DNA of 64,000 nt from Octopus sinensis (taxonomy: Eukaryota), in contig NC_043014.1 of the NCBI RefSeq assembly GCF_006345805.1, positions 20,584,001 to 20,648,000 on the forward strand, given 5' to 3'. Below the pieces are notes generated by a model that worked only from the letters and a program-made list of their open reading frames with translations, searched no databases and was not told where the DNA came from. Position numbers and translations under genes: made by a program. Below, piece by piece: positions 39,951 to 53,824 of the stretch; within the stretch, counting starts at the first letter, position 1, and each line of letters opens with the position of its first letter.

Positions 39951-40382
39951 AACTCAAGTACATTGATCAGGATGACCTGATCAGGACGACCTGTTTTTAT
40001 CGAGGGATAAAAACAGACAATTTCGAATTGCCTTTTTTATTCCTCACTCTGTCTGTGCCAGTGTCATTATTTGCCCATTGCTGTAGTTTTGTAGTTGTCA
40101 TAATTCTGTTATTAACATTTAGTATTTCTTTTGTTGCTACTAAACTTATCTCAGTCCTAGCAGGCTTTATAAGTTTATAATATGCCTACACACGCACACA
40201 GACGGACGCACACACGTACATACACGGACACACACAGACACACAGACACACACACATACACACATACACATACACACAGACACACACACATATACACACA
40301 TACACATACACACATAAGACACTCTCTCTCTTTCTCACGCGCACACACACAAACAAACACACACACACACAAATATATATAT

Positions 40383-40451
<69 letters not shown>

Positions 40452-42629
40452 GCATGTACGTATGTATGCATATAGTAAATACAATACAAATAGTAAATAC
40501 AAGCAATAAAAAGCAAAAGCAACAAGAAGTTAAACAAATGTTCTTTGTTCATGTGCTGAATGGGGAATCTGTACACCTCTGTGGTTGGCTAAGTGAACTA
40601 TACTAATTAGTATAAATGAGCATGCGCAGAACAGTCTAAGAAGAGTGTTATATGCGCAGTCATAGAGTACCGGTCGTAAGAATTATTGAATAGAGATATC
40701 GTGGAGTGCTTGTGGAAGATACACAGTTGGAGAGTAATAAGAGAACATCAGTAACGTTTGATATTATAACAGTGATGACGAGAAGTCGTACGTCATATCA
40801 TAATGTTACTACGTCAACCTGGATGAGGAATAAAAAGAGCAAAAGTTTTAGTACGAATGGGATAGTCTTTCTCTGGACAGCAGAGAAAAATCTACGAAAA
40901 AAAAACGAAGAAAGATAAAATGAAGAGACACAAGAAAACGCACATGCGTTTTGTTCACTTATACATACATGCATAGATAATAAATACATACATACATACA
41001 TACATACATACATACATACATACAATATATATTCATATGCATATATATATAACAAACCGTCAAAGGATCAGGCTTTTCAATATTTAAATTTATTTCAGTT
41101 CATTTGATTTATGCTGCGATGTAAATAAATAGATATTAGTTTCAAATTTTGGTACAAGGCCAGTAAGTTCGGGGGTGAGAATAAGACGCTTACATCGACC
41201 CCAGTCCTCAACTGGCACTTATTTTATCGCTCCCAAAGGAGCGGGACTTGAACACAGAATGTGAAGGTGTACATGAATAGATATTGCTAAATATATGTCG
41301 AACTTCGTTGTGGGCACAAATGTGCAAATCGGGCAATCCGCTAATCTACTGGCCTGATTTGAAGCTGCTTTGTCTGGCAGCTGATCAACGCTAATGATTG
41401 GAGAAAGAAAAGCAGAATGTCTACTCTGAGGAGGATTCAACAAATCATGAAACATTGCTTCTTCTTTTTTCAGCATCTCAATGGTTTGGAATGAATGTGT
41501 TTTACATTCTTGTTATATCCACAGGGAATCATTTGAATATTTAAATTTATTTCAGCTCATCTGATTTCCGCTCTGTTGTGCATAAAATATGTATGTGTAT
41601 GTATCTATTGTTTATATATAAACATATGTATAAGCAATAGATATACATGCAATGTATCATCAGATGAAAGGATGAGCCTATATGAGCAGAAGACTATGCA
41701 TGAATATGTTACTAGAAAGCTCGGTGATGATAGTAACATCGACCATCAAAGCAGTCTATCACGGACTAATATCCACTTTGAAAGGTATACTTTTGCAATC
41801 CAGGAACAGGAAATATCAAACAAGCACCTGATGCCCCAAAGGATAGAGATGCAGGTAAAGACGTAAAGTGTGTCAAACGATGCAGACTTTGTGGAGTTGA
41901 CACTGAAGATATTACCCAATCATAAGCAGTTGTCCGAATATGTCATCACGGTATTATCTACCGATAAGTCATGACGTAGCTCGGATACTCTATGATGAAA
42001 TCCGTGGGAAGGATAATCTCGAGGACAAAGAAATAAGAACCCACAATATGGTAGAAGCCATAGCCACTCATAATAAAAAGGAATACTGGTAGAATGTACC
42101 ACTGAAGATTTCAATAAAATGTAAGTACAACAGACCTGCTATAATTATTTTGGATACAGAAGAGAAACTGTACACAGTTGTGCAAACTAGCTACCCAACA
42201 AATGTTAACATAAAGATCAGCGAAAATAAGAACACCTATGCTGAACTATTGAGAAATCTGCAGTTACTCTATCCAGATTACAAGTTCAGGTTTGTACCTG
42301 TAATTATTGGAGGTATGGGATGTGTAACACCCTGCCTAAATACCAATCTTGAGAAATTAGGCTACTCAAAACCAGAAAAGAGAAATCTAATTCGAAGACA
42401 ACAGATCCAATCCATCACTGGAACTGTAAAAATCTGTAAAACTTTCCAGATCATACAGTTCTATGTTTAAGAGATGAGGAATTATGTACATTATTTACAT
42501 TTGACGGACATTTGTCCTCATCTTGCTTGCTGTTAACACAACGTTTTAGCTGATTTACCCTACAGCCTTCATCAGCTGTCTTTGGGAAATTTCGGACCTG
42601 GGTTCTCATTCCTAAGGTATTTTTCGATG

Positions 42630-43211
<582 letters not shown>

Positions 43212-43212
<1 letters not shown>

Positions 43213-43285
43213 GGTCACTGTCTGGAATCGAATTCGGAATCTTGGGGTTAGTAGCCCGCGCTCTTAACCACTACGCCATCTGCCC
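43212..43285 (-). other. tRNA-derived head (A/B boxes)
   Basis: Minus strand reads 'gggcagaTGGCGTAGTGGttaag..gggCTACTAAccc..gaattcgattcc'. Confidence 0.75.
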
Positions 43286-43304
43286 AGGTTCAAAATTTGC
43301 CCAA

Positions 43305-43351
43305 GACACCTGATGAAGGCTGCGGGGGTATATCAGCCGAAACGTTGTGTT
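43305..43351 (+). ncRNA. Minimal type I hammerhead ribozyme
   Basis: gacac-CTGATGA-a-ggctg(11 nt)cagcc-GAA-acgt-T-gtgtt. Palindromic ACGT stem III, GUU triplet. Confidence 0.8.
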
Positions 43352-45899
43352 AACAACAAAGAAGGTGAGGACAAATATACATCAAATGTAAATAATGTAA
43401 ATAATGAACTTTCCAGAAGTTTATCATTTAAGTATACATGAGCATGTCTAGATATGCAGCTATATGCATGAGAATACATCTTCACATACATGAGAAATCT
43501 GTAGTTACTCTATCCAGATTACAAGTTCAGGTTTATACCTGTAATTATTGCGGCCCTGGGATATGTAATACACTGCCTAAATACCAATCTTGAGAAATTA
43601 GGTTTCTCAAAACCAGAAAAGAGAAAGCTAATTCGAAGATCATAGATCCAATCCCTCATTGGAACTGTAACAATCTGTAAAACTTTCCAGAAGTTTATCA
43701 TTTAAGTATATATGAGCATGTCTAGATATGCAACTATATACATGAGGATACATACATAAAACATAAAATCTGCACATACATACATACATACATACATACA
43801 TACATACATACATACATACATACATACATACATACATACATACCCAGTTGTTGATGTTGAAATTCCAATGAAGGAGCCTTGGATCTAGGTTCTTTCTCTA
43901 TTGGCAAGAAATCTTGAAATGAACTGAATAATGACATGTGTGTGTGTGCGTGTGTGTTTGTGTGTGTGTGTGCATACATGTAATTGCATACATGTAATTG
44001 CATCATAATTATATATAAATGATTTATATTTATTATAATCTTACTTTTATATATTTTAATGGCATATCTACTGTTTTCTTACAAATTTCTGAAATATATA
44101 CTGTATTAGCGTATTGTTCCGTTAATGGTGTATTCAATAAAAATGTACTCCCTCCAGTAAGAGATAAATATCATTTAATAAAGTAAGGTTTCAAATGCAA
44201 GCTTTTGTAAGTTTCATGCTTCTGATAATACAATGATTGGACGACCTTATATAGCTTGCTGTGTATTTTCAGACAATCGTTCAGGGTCGCCTTGATATAT
44301 ACAGCACATTATATATGTTCATCTGACCGTTCTTTTAACAAAAGCATGAACATTTTAGTAGATTGCATATTAAAGGATATATATTATTTTATATATATTT
44401 TAAAAAGAAACATTATTCTGTAAGGTGGTAGAATATTCTTTGTCCTAAAATGCCACAATATAACGAATCAATTGTTCAAGGCTAAAGTATTTAGAAATGA
44501 GGAATAAATAGGAACCCTCCAGGCCATAGTGCCACCATTCATGAATCTTTCAGGTGATCAAAATCTGGAGGAGATAATTTTAATAAATCATAAATTCATG
44601 TTGTTCTAGTATTTGATAAACCTGTATTTTTCTGTCTATGTTATTTAAAGGTATGTCGCTTAACTTATTTGTGTTTATATATACATGTATGTATGTATGT
44701 ATGTATGTATGTATGTATGTATGTATGTATGTATGTATGTATGCATGTATGTATGTATGTATGTAGATACATACATACATATATTATATATATATATGCA
44801 CACACACACGTAGATATATATATGTGTGTGAAGAGAGTGAAAGAAAGAGAAAGACGGAAAGAACTATATGAATTGATTAAATACCATAAATAAAATCCAA
44901 TGTCACTAACGAATAAGCTATTTTTAAAACAACGTGTTTGCGCAAGATTATGCACATCTATGTGTAGTTGTGTCGGCGTGTGTGTGTGTGTGTGTGTACC
45001 TACATACCTGTTGCTGGAATGAAAATGTTCAGTGCTTTGCAGCGGACATGATTTCATAATGTGGGAGGAACCCTTTGACTTGTAAAAATTTGATAAACAG
45101 TTGTTATACTCAAGGGTACTGGAATTGATTGGGAGGGTGTAGGTTAAAGTTAATACTGCGTAGGTATGCGTTTTGGGGCTTTGTTTTAGAGGGCGGGGTT
45201 GTTTAGTTGTGTGCGACTATGCGTTAGCTTTTTTTATATTTAAATGTACCTATTATTTCCATATTTATTGAGATCTCTGTTCGAAAGCTTAACATCGTAA
45301 AATATTTTCATTAAAATTAATATTCATGTCCATCTTTATAAATATTTATTTCCACCTTTAATATAATAGGCCCTTTGTAAGACGTTGAGCTGGCAGAACC
45401 GTTAGCACGCCAGACGAAAGGCTCTGAATTCAAATTACCCCAAGATCGACTTTTCTTTTTATCCTTTCAGATTCGATAAAATGAGTACCGGCGTCGGTGT
45501 AACTGACTTAGCCTCTCCTTTGAACATGCTAGCCTTGTGCCAAAATTTGAAATCAATATATCAGGACATTTTTTACGATGATTTTTATTAAAGTTAATTC
45601 AGAGAAGCAATGGCATTCGTACTTTATTTTACAGACAACAATTCGTACAGTATCGATATTTCGGTTACATTCTTACCGCACCGGTTTTCCTATTCGGCTT
45701 TACCGATCCATATTCTGTCAATGTACTTCTCTTATGAATCTACCTTTCTAACTTCTCATAATGGCAGCGTCACACATTTTGATTTAAATATAGGGTTTTT
45801 AGAAACACGAATTTGAATCCAGAAGAAATATATGGATCTATGTGTGTGTGCATTTGTATATTTTTTTCAATATATAGCTAATATTTCTATCACCCATGC

Positions 45900-47210
45900 T
45901 TGCATTTCAAACCATTGTCTATTGTTTTAAAAATAGAAGGTTACATTGAGGTCTTGATACACTATGCTCGAATAAAAAAATAAGACGACAGTCATGAGTG
46001 GAACGCCTTTAACTAAAGGTTTGCTGGATCAGAGTTAACCATAAGCTAAACAGTAGTCATCATACTCAACAACCTTGCAATCTACACTAATATGACACGT
46101 TTAGAAAAGACAAAAATGCTAGGAATTACTGAGAGAACTTCGAGAACTTTCTCGGTACACATAGGAGAGAGTTAAGAATGTGAAACGACACAAACACATT
46201 TAAACCACTCAAAATCAGCACTTTCGGTCAACACAGGGAAACAACATTAGAGTACTTTTATGTACACGCTCGACCTTCAAGAAAAAACAATCAGAACTCC
46301 CTCAGATTCACGCTTTATTGCATTTAAAACGGGATGGACATATTTTGTAAAGTAGTCCTGGGTACACTTGTTGGAAAAAGGAAATTAAAAATTCGTCGAG
46401 GTCTCGACTAGAATGTCTTTGCTATTGATCTTCTCGATTAGAGAGACCTGGGATTAAACACCAACGACATGACTAGTGTACAAGCCAGCGATGGATCTTC
46501 CACACAATTCCACAACCAGAAATATCAGTCGATTTTTTTCCCAATCACAACCAACCTTTTTTAAAAAAACGAAAAGGGGGAAACAAATTGGCTGCCGTAA
46601 CCCTAGTTACATTATGTTTCTTAAGCCGGGATGGTCATCGCAGAAATGCTTTTGATCGTAGATCTTCCGGATCAGAGTTGACCCGAAACTAAACAATATC
46701 ACTTAGGTACAAACAATACAGTAGATCACCCACCAGTCCTACCTGAACCACCACCACTCCACTTTCAATTTGTCCTCAATAAATCTCAAAGAACACAAAA
46801 CACCCCATATTATCGCGGGTCTTTGTGCCAACAAGACAACCTTTACATGGACACACGACCAGCTAGAAATAGCAGCGGAACCCACCTCAATTACATCATA
46901 CTGTGTTAAAAGAAACGATACATGTTTGTCTTAGGTTATATAGAGAAAAGACGGGATGGTCAATACTGGAACATAGTTGACAGCAGGTTTACTCGATCAC
47001 GTTTGATCTTCGACTAAACAACAACAGCAACAATTGCCCTTTAAATGTTCGCTTGACTTGCCAGAAACAGCAGCTAAATGGCCCCCAAATCTCATCCATC
47101 ATTCTTTAAAAATGAACACATTGTATAGCGTGAAGGCGCGTTGTCGGGAAATGAGTCACGGCTGGAATAACTTTGATCATAGGCCTGCTCGAGCGTACAA
47201 CAACTGCAAC
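45900..47210 (+). repeat. Cluster of about 5 co-oriented, diverged ~150-200 bp interspersed repeats
   Basis: Recurrent 'gggatggtca..tggaatg..tttgatc..gatcagag..gacc..ctaaacaac'. Other copies at about 4270, 5030, 27200, 27950 and 48960. Confidence 0.55.
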
Positions 47211-47701
47211 AACAGTAACAACAGCTTTATACCGATACGTCAGTAAAGTACTAGCAATAAACAGAAGTAGACACAACAACATCAATAATAACAAGGACGA
47301 CATCAACGGCGAAAGCGACAACAACAAAAAGGATAACAACAACATCAACAACAACAACAAAAACGATAACAAGAAGCAGGTAGTGTGAAGAAGAATCAAT
47401 TCTGTACCTTTAAGTCCATTTAGTGTGTCTGTAAAGCAGAACCTGGCAATATTGTGGAGAATAATGCGAAGATTGAATGCTTTTCCTTGTGAGAACGTCT
47501 TGGAATGTGAAAAGGACGATGAAAAAAGATCTGTGGTAGTTCTCTCTCTCTCTTCCTCTCTCCCTCCCCTCCTCTCTTTCTCCCTCTCTCTCTCTCTCTC
47601 TCACTCTGTGTGAATCTCTCTGTGAATGTGTATAAATGCATTATACGTGTGTACAATTATCTTGTGCTTCTTGTACATCTATGTATATGTATGTATGTAT
47701 G

Positions 47702-47735
<34 letters not shown>

Positions 47736-48078
47736 TGTATGTATGTATGTATGTATGTATGTATGTATGTATGTATGTATGTATGTATGTATGTATGTAT
47801 GTATGTATATGTGATTACATATCCGTGAGTTTCTATGAATTTGTGATTGTATATCTGTGTGTATAGATGTTATGTGTGTTAGTGTATGTGTGTATTTGTG
47901 AGTCTATGTTTCTATGTGTGCATCTGAGTATAGTTGCGTATGTTTACAGATGTGTGTGTGTGTGTATGTATGCCAGTTTATGTATGTGTGATTATCTTTC
48001 AGTTTGCTTTGTGTGGGAAAATGTATGAGCGTATGTCTGTGTGTTTCTATGTATGTAAGCATGTGTACGTGTGTGTGA

Positions 48079-48171
<93 letters not shown>

Positions 48172-49273
48172 TCCATCCATCCATACAAACAAACATACAG
48201 GTCTCTGTCTCCTTCGCTCTCTCTCTCTCACTCTCTCTAGCATTCTCTCTTTATTCTCTATCTCTCTCTTAAATATATATGTGTGTATGTATGTATGTAT
48301 GTATATAAAACACAGACAGGAACACGCACACACAAGCATACATACGTACATAATACATGCATACATGCATACATACATACATAAGCACACACACGCATGT
48401 ATGTGTACGTATGTTTGTATGTTGTGCTTAGTTAAATATTAGCCAAACACAACTATGTGACCTTCAACCTCTGCCAACCCCCAGTTGACACTTCCTAATT
48501 GTAACTTGCTGATATCGTAACACATGACACAGCAGTAGTGGGTGTCCAATACTTCAGCCTTAACTACCATCACAGCCACCACTACAAATACCAATACTAC
48601 CATGGCTACTTAACTCCGCTAACAACATCACTACCAGCACCACTGCCTTCCGCCACAACAACCGACTCTATTACCACAGCCGCCATTATCAATACCACCT
48701 GTATCTTTACCAACACTACCACCACCACCACAGTTAACATCATTTCTACCATTACACCACATCTACAACTATTTCTCAACACTACTGCCACCATTACGAC
48801 AATTACTACCAACATCACCATCACTCCTATTACTACCACTACTACTACTACTGCTACTACTATCAACACTAACACTACCACCATCACTACCACAAGCACT
48901 ATGATGGCCAACAGCACTACGGCTTCCACCACCATCAGCAAAAACAGCCATCAGGACAGTCTCTACTTGCTCACTCGATCGAGCGAGAAATAGCTACCAA
49001 ATCTCCCTTCAAATCATTTTCTACATTCCTGGAGAAAAGGAAGGGCACCTCGGATGACACGATCATAAATATACAGAAAGGCGAGATGGTCGTGGTTATT
49101 CGAGCTTGTGATCTTAGACGTAACCGATCAGTTTACTTCTGGTGCTCAATAATAACAATAATACCAATAACCTCGAGCTGCTAAAAATAACAGACAAATA
49201 TCCCTCAAATTATACGTCATGACCTCAAAAGAGAAAGGAAAACCTACATATAGATAAAAGTAATTCAACGTAA

Positions 49274-50153
49274 TACGAGGTTTGATCAATAAGTATCTGA
49301 ACTGTTGCCATACTAAGAAAACTAAAGCACACAGAGTAAAGCCGCCCGGCAAATGTTTATCTTGAACTCTGCTGTGCATCCGCACTAAGTTCTAACGTTC
49401 TAGCTCACTTCTGCTGTTTATAGCAGTGCTTGGAAGGAAGGTGTGTAGCGTGTGATCGTCGCATATACCATGACAGAGAAAGTTGTCATAGTGATACCTG
49501 CCCAGAGTCCTATGCAAAGTCGCAGAAGTGTGTATGAGCCGCACACAAATGCACGACTGGTCTAGACGTTTCCAAGATGGCTCAAAAAATATCGATAGTG
49601 ACGAACGTTCTTGGTGACCCACAGCCATCAGAACCGAAAAAAACATCGCAGATGTACGCGCAGCTGTTATGGGAAATCGTCGAATCACCATTCGTGAGTT
49701 ATCAGAGGAAGTACTGATTAGTTACGGTTTAGTTCAGTCCATTATCACAAAAGATTTGGGTATAAAACGCGTGTCTGACAAGTTTATGCAAAACTGTTTT
49801 CAGTTGATCAAAAAGATATTGGGGTTTCAGTTGCACAAAATCTCCTTGATTGTGTCGAAAACGATAAAAACCTTTTCAAAACTTTGCGTAGGCCTCTGAG
49901 CAGGTGTCGCCAAGCTTTTGGCAAAATTTGATGCGCACTCTCATTTCAACTTTCTTTGTCATGGTCAATGCGACGATCACACTCAACACATCTTCCTTCC
50001 AAGCACTGCTGTAAACAGTGAAAGTGAGCTGGAATGTTAAAACTTAGGGCGCAGGCACAACAGAGTTCAAGGTCAATTTGTACCAAGTGGCTTTACTCTG
50101 CGTGCTTTAACTTCGTTACTATGGCAACAGTCCGGATACTTATTGATCAGACC
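49274..50153 (+). mobile_element. Internally deleted mariner element with long (~210 bp) terminal inverted repeats
   Basis: TIRs at 49274-49486 and 49947-50153. HTH remnant 'WSRRFQDG..DSDERS..NRRITIRELSEEVLISYGLVQSIITKDLGIKRVS'. Confidence 0.85.
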
Positions 50154-50910
50154 ACTATTTTGGTTACACAAAGGACGAGATGGTAATACTTGGAATGGCA
50201 TTGGTATTAGGTCTGCTAGATCTGAGCCGGTGTAGGGTTAAGCAACAACAATAACAACAGCAATAACAGCAACAACAAATACATCCCTTACGTAACTCGG
50301 GCCGTCAAGAGCCTTGTGAGTGGATTTGGTAGACGGAAACAGAAAGGAACCCGTCAACGGCTGACAAGGAAGACAGGCTCTCTCCCTACGAAAAGCGAGA
50401 TGGATTCTCTTGTCAACCGTTGGAAAAGTGCTTTCATGTGGATAAGAGTTTTTGACTCTTATTTCTATTGAACAATTTGGAAATCTACGTTTTAGACAAA
50501 GTTTTTTTTAAATATTTTCTGTTTATTCTAAAGCTTAAATAGTTTCATTTTGGGGATACGCCCTTCAGAAGAATTACACGGGGCAAAGTAAACCATCAAA
50601 CAAATGCAAACAAAAGGTAATAGAAATATCAATGAACTCACAAAACAGACAGAAAATGGAATAAATAATATCATTGTAACAGGACAAAAACAGGACCAGC
50701 TTGACAACAGTCACAGCAACGTATACACACATATTACGTGAAACATACAAATGAATAAGGAAACATTCTTGTGAAAAAAAAGGCGTGTGCATGGTTTTGT
50801 GTAAGAAGTTTGCTTCCCAACCACCTGGATTGAGGTTCAGTTCCACTGAGTAGTCTCGGGTTGGATTTGGTAGACGGAAACTGAAAGAAGCCTGTCGTAT
50901 ATATACATAT

Positions 50911-51420
50911 ATAAAATATAAAGTTATATCTTGAGTGACAACAACGCTCAAGATATACAACGGACTGGAAATAGAAGTGCTCCAATGAGCTTCATTCAAA
51001 TAAAAATGTGAATACAAATATAAATTTTGCATATAACACACTTAAAACTGTTAGAATAAGAAAAATAAATATAATGATAATAAAATAAAAATATGGCATA
51101 TCAAAAGACGAATAAAATTCCGGCGAATAGTACATAGAATATAATACATATACAAGCTTACAAAAATATAAGATATACAGAAGTCCATCTACGGGCCGTT
51201 TCGGAGATGTGCCAATTAATATTAGACAGTACTTAAAATTGGCACTCCCTTCATCAGGATGTCCTATACAAATAAAACGTGAACAAATACACAAATACAC
51301 AATCACATATCGGCCATTCTCAGAACACGGCATTTATATACTCCCGGAAATTTTTTCGTCAATCCTGAATGGAACTTTATACGCATACAATTCGATCCAG
51401 CCGCCATAAATATTGTACAC
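50911..51420 (-). mobile_element. PLE-type pLTR fragment inserted in the (TA)n of a SINE
   Basis: Carries an intact hammerhead. Bounded by TA repeats. SINE halves lie at 50773-50900 and 51540-51720. Confidence 0.6.
51186..51261 (-). ncRNA. Type I hammerhead ribozyme with long stem II and minimal stem III
   Basis: catc-CTGATGA-a-gggagtgccaatt..aattggcacatctcc-GAA-acgg(c)ccgt-A-gatg. GUA triplet. Confidence 0.85.
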
Positions 51421-51431
51421 AGACATATATT

Positions 51432-51510
<79 letters not shown>

Positions 51511-51763
51511 CATGCGCATGTGTATCAGTGTGCCTCTTCATTCCCCCACCACAGCATGACAACCGCTGCTGGTATGTTTACGTCCCCGTAAGGTGGCAAA
51601 AAAACATGCCAGGTTTTAAAAACAAAAATAAGTACTGAGATCAACACATTCGACTAAAACTTATTCAAGGCAGTTCCCCAGCATGGCCGCAATCTAATGA
51701 CTGAAACAAGTAAATGACACAAGCTAAAATTTTGTAAAAAGAATTCAAGTACTTTTATTCATA

Positions 51764-52161
51764 ACTAGCAGTATCGCCCGGCGTTGCTCGGGTTTGTAAG
51801 GGAAATAATTATATAAGCATTTTTAGAGATGTAAAGTATAATAGCCATCTCAATATGACTAACCACAAAGGGGGAGGGGTGTTACTGTAGCTTTTTACGT
51901 TCTGAGATTTAATAATAAATTTTAGAGAGTTACTTCCCTTATATATGTCAAAAATGGATTTAAAAATGGGAAAAATTGATGGTAATTTTTTTTTTAAATC
52001 GTAGACTCATCGTAGACGCGCGCTAATACCCAGACGGTCTCGATATGAATCACGACTATAAGATACCCGGTTTTGGTTAAACTGCACCGCAAAATGTGGG
52101 AGTAGTTAGGAATCTAAATCGTAGGAGACAGACACACAACCTCACTTTTATATATAAAGAT
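51764..52161. mobile_element. Helentron-associated (HINE/DINE-like) non-autonomous element
   Basis: Begins 'actag..cccggcgttgctcggg' (hairpin) and ends 'tttatatataaagat'. Both termini are typical. Confidence 0.6.
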
Positions 52162-52223
52162 TTCCTCTATTTACATAATATTGAGGTCTCTTTCTTTCTT
52201 TTGTTATCTTACTGTTTTTACCA

Positions 52224-52276
<53 letters not shown>

Positions 52277-52277
52277 A

Positions 52278-52316
<39 letters not shown>

Positions 52317-52320
<4 letters not shown>

Positions 52321-52639
52321 CAGAGATGTACTTGCATAGCAAGTGACTTGATCTGAGATCGTGTGCTGGAACGAAAACAGTTGCAGCGTTGAAGGTGTTT
52401 ATAAGCCATTTAAGAAACACACAAAAACCGTTAGATTCACTTCAACATTTAAATTTAATTTGCCAAAATATTTTCGTCGCTTTGAGACCGCGACCTGTTA
52501 GCACGATATTTTTGTCAGTGAACAGGTCGCGGTCTCAAAGCGAGGAAAATATTTTGGCAAATTAAATTTAAATGTTGAAGTGAATCTAACGGTTTTTGTG
52601 TGTTTCTTAAATGGCTTACAAACACCTTCCACGCTGCAA
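52317..52639. mobile_element. Short foldback element (119-bp arms at 52381-52499 and 52521-52639) in (TA)n, probably PLE pLTRs
   Basis: Three mismatches between arms and a 21-bp spacer. Contains a hammerhead-like motif. Confidence 0.75.
52511..52561 (+). ncRNA. Candidate hammerhead variant with G3:C8 core swap
   Basis: tttgtca-GTGAACA-g-gtcgc(9 nt)gcga[g; c in the other arm]-GAA-aatatt-T-tggcaaa. Confidence 0.55.
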
Positions 52640-52657
52640 TATATATATACACACATA

Positions 52658-52688
<31 letters not shown>

Positions 52689-52989
52689 GTGTATATGTGT
52701 ATGCATGTATGTGTGTGTGTGCGTGTCTGTGCTTGTGATTGTCCTCCACCACTGCTTGACAACGAATGTTGGTTTGTTTACATCCCTGTCACCTAGTGGT
52801 TTGACAAAGGAAACAAATAGAATAAGTACAATGCTTACAAAAATAAAACTGGAGTTGATTCATTAAACTACAATTCTTCAAGGCATTGCCCCAGCATGGC
52901 CACAGACCAATGGCTGGAAAAAGCAGAAGAATAAAAGAATACATTCTCTGCTTTGGTCTTATGTTCAAGGCATGAGAAAGCTTGAGTTT

Positions 52990-53272
52990 ACATGAGAAGG
53001 CCTAACAGACCTGGTAGAAACAGCAGCCAAATCTCCCTCAAATCACACCTTACTCTCTTATGTATGTATATATATATGAGCCAATGAGGGGGACCTCTAC
53101 ATGGTAGCTAGACCTGGTAGAAATAGCAGCCAAATTTCCCCCAAATCACACCTTACTGTCTTATCTATGTATATATGTATGTATGAGCCTATGAGGGAGA
53201 CCCCTACATGGCAGCTAGACATGGTAGAAATAGCAGCCAAATCTCCCTCAAATCACACCTACTGTCTTATGT
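52990..53272. repeat. Tandem repeat, ~100-bp unit, about 3 copies
   Basis: 'agac(c/a)tggtagaaa(c/t)agcagccaaat.tccc.caaatcacacc' at about 53007, 53110 and 53217. Confidence 0.85.
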
Positions 53273-53281
53273 ATGTATATA

Positions 53282-53343
<62 letters not shown>

Positions 53344-53344
53344 A

Positions 53345-53824
53345 GCCACTACGGTTATTTAATGTAAAGTCTTCCTCAAATCACTCTCGCTATTTACTCT
53401 CTTCCAAGAACATTTTCACTCACTCTTATCTCTTAGCTTGCCATACATTTTACTCATGTATCTATCAGCGTGATAGACAGAAACAAATATTACATCGCCA
53501 TCCCCATCGCCATCGCATTCTTTTGTCTACCTGTCAACACACTCACAGTGAATTAGTTTCATTTTATTCGTTGCACACTGTGTGTGTGCGTTTGCGTGTG
53601 CTGTAAACCAGACTAAGAAAAGCATTTGACATACACACCAGAATGTGAGTTTTCTCTAAATTTTGCTTAATTGGAGTTTAAATTTTAAAAACTGGACCTG
53701 GCATGACCCGATGCATTCTACTCTTAAAAATGCTAGGTAAATTGTAATTGAAGAAATCCTATATTGTAGATTTCTATAACTGACAAAGGGAGGCAGATAA
53801 AATCTGCCTTTTATAATAAGAGAT
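53345..53824. mobile_element. Possible HINE-like fragment
   Basis: Subterminal hairpin 'ggcagataaaatctgcc' and end 'tataataagagat'. Confidence 0.35.

Noticed and set aside
42535-42580. Minus-strand hammerhead copy
   Set aside because: Catalytic G12 is changed to A (AAAAC) and stem I has a mismatch, so it is probably inactive.
43212-43285. Functional tRNA-Ser(ACT) gene
   Set aside because: The acceptor stem is unpaired, there is no long variable arm, and it is embedded in a repeat module.
48538-48993. Thr-rich mucin-like 151-aa ORF
   Set aside because: A degenerate (ACC/ACT)n tract with no supported splice sites.
52990-53272. CRISPR-like repeat-spacer pattern
   Set aside because: The intervening sequences are also homologous, so this is a simple tandem repeat in a eukaryotic context.
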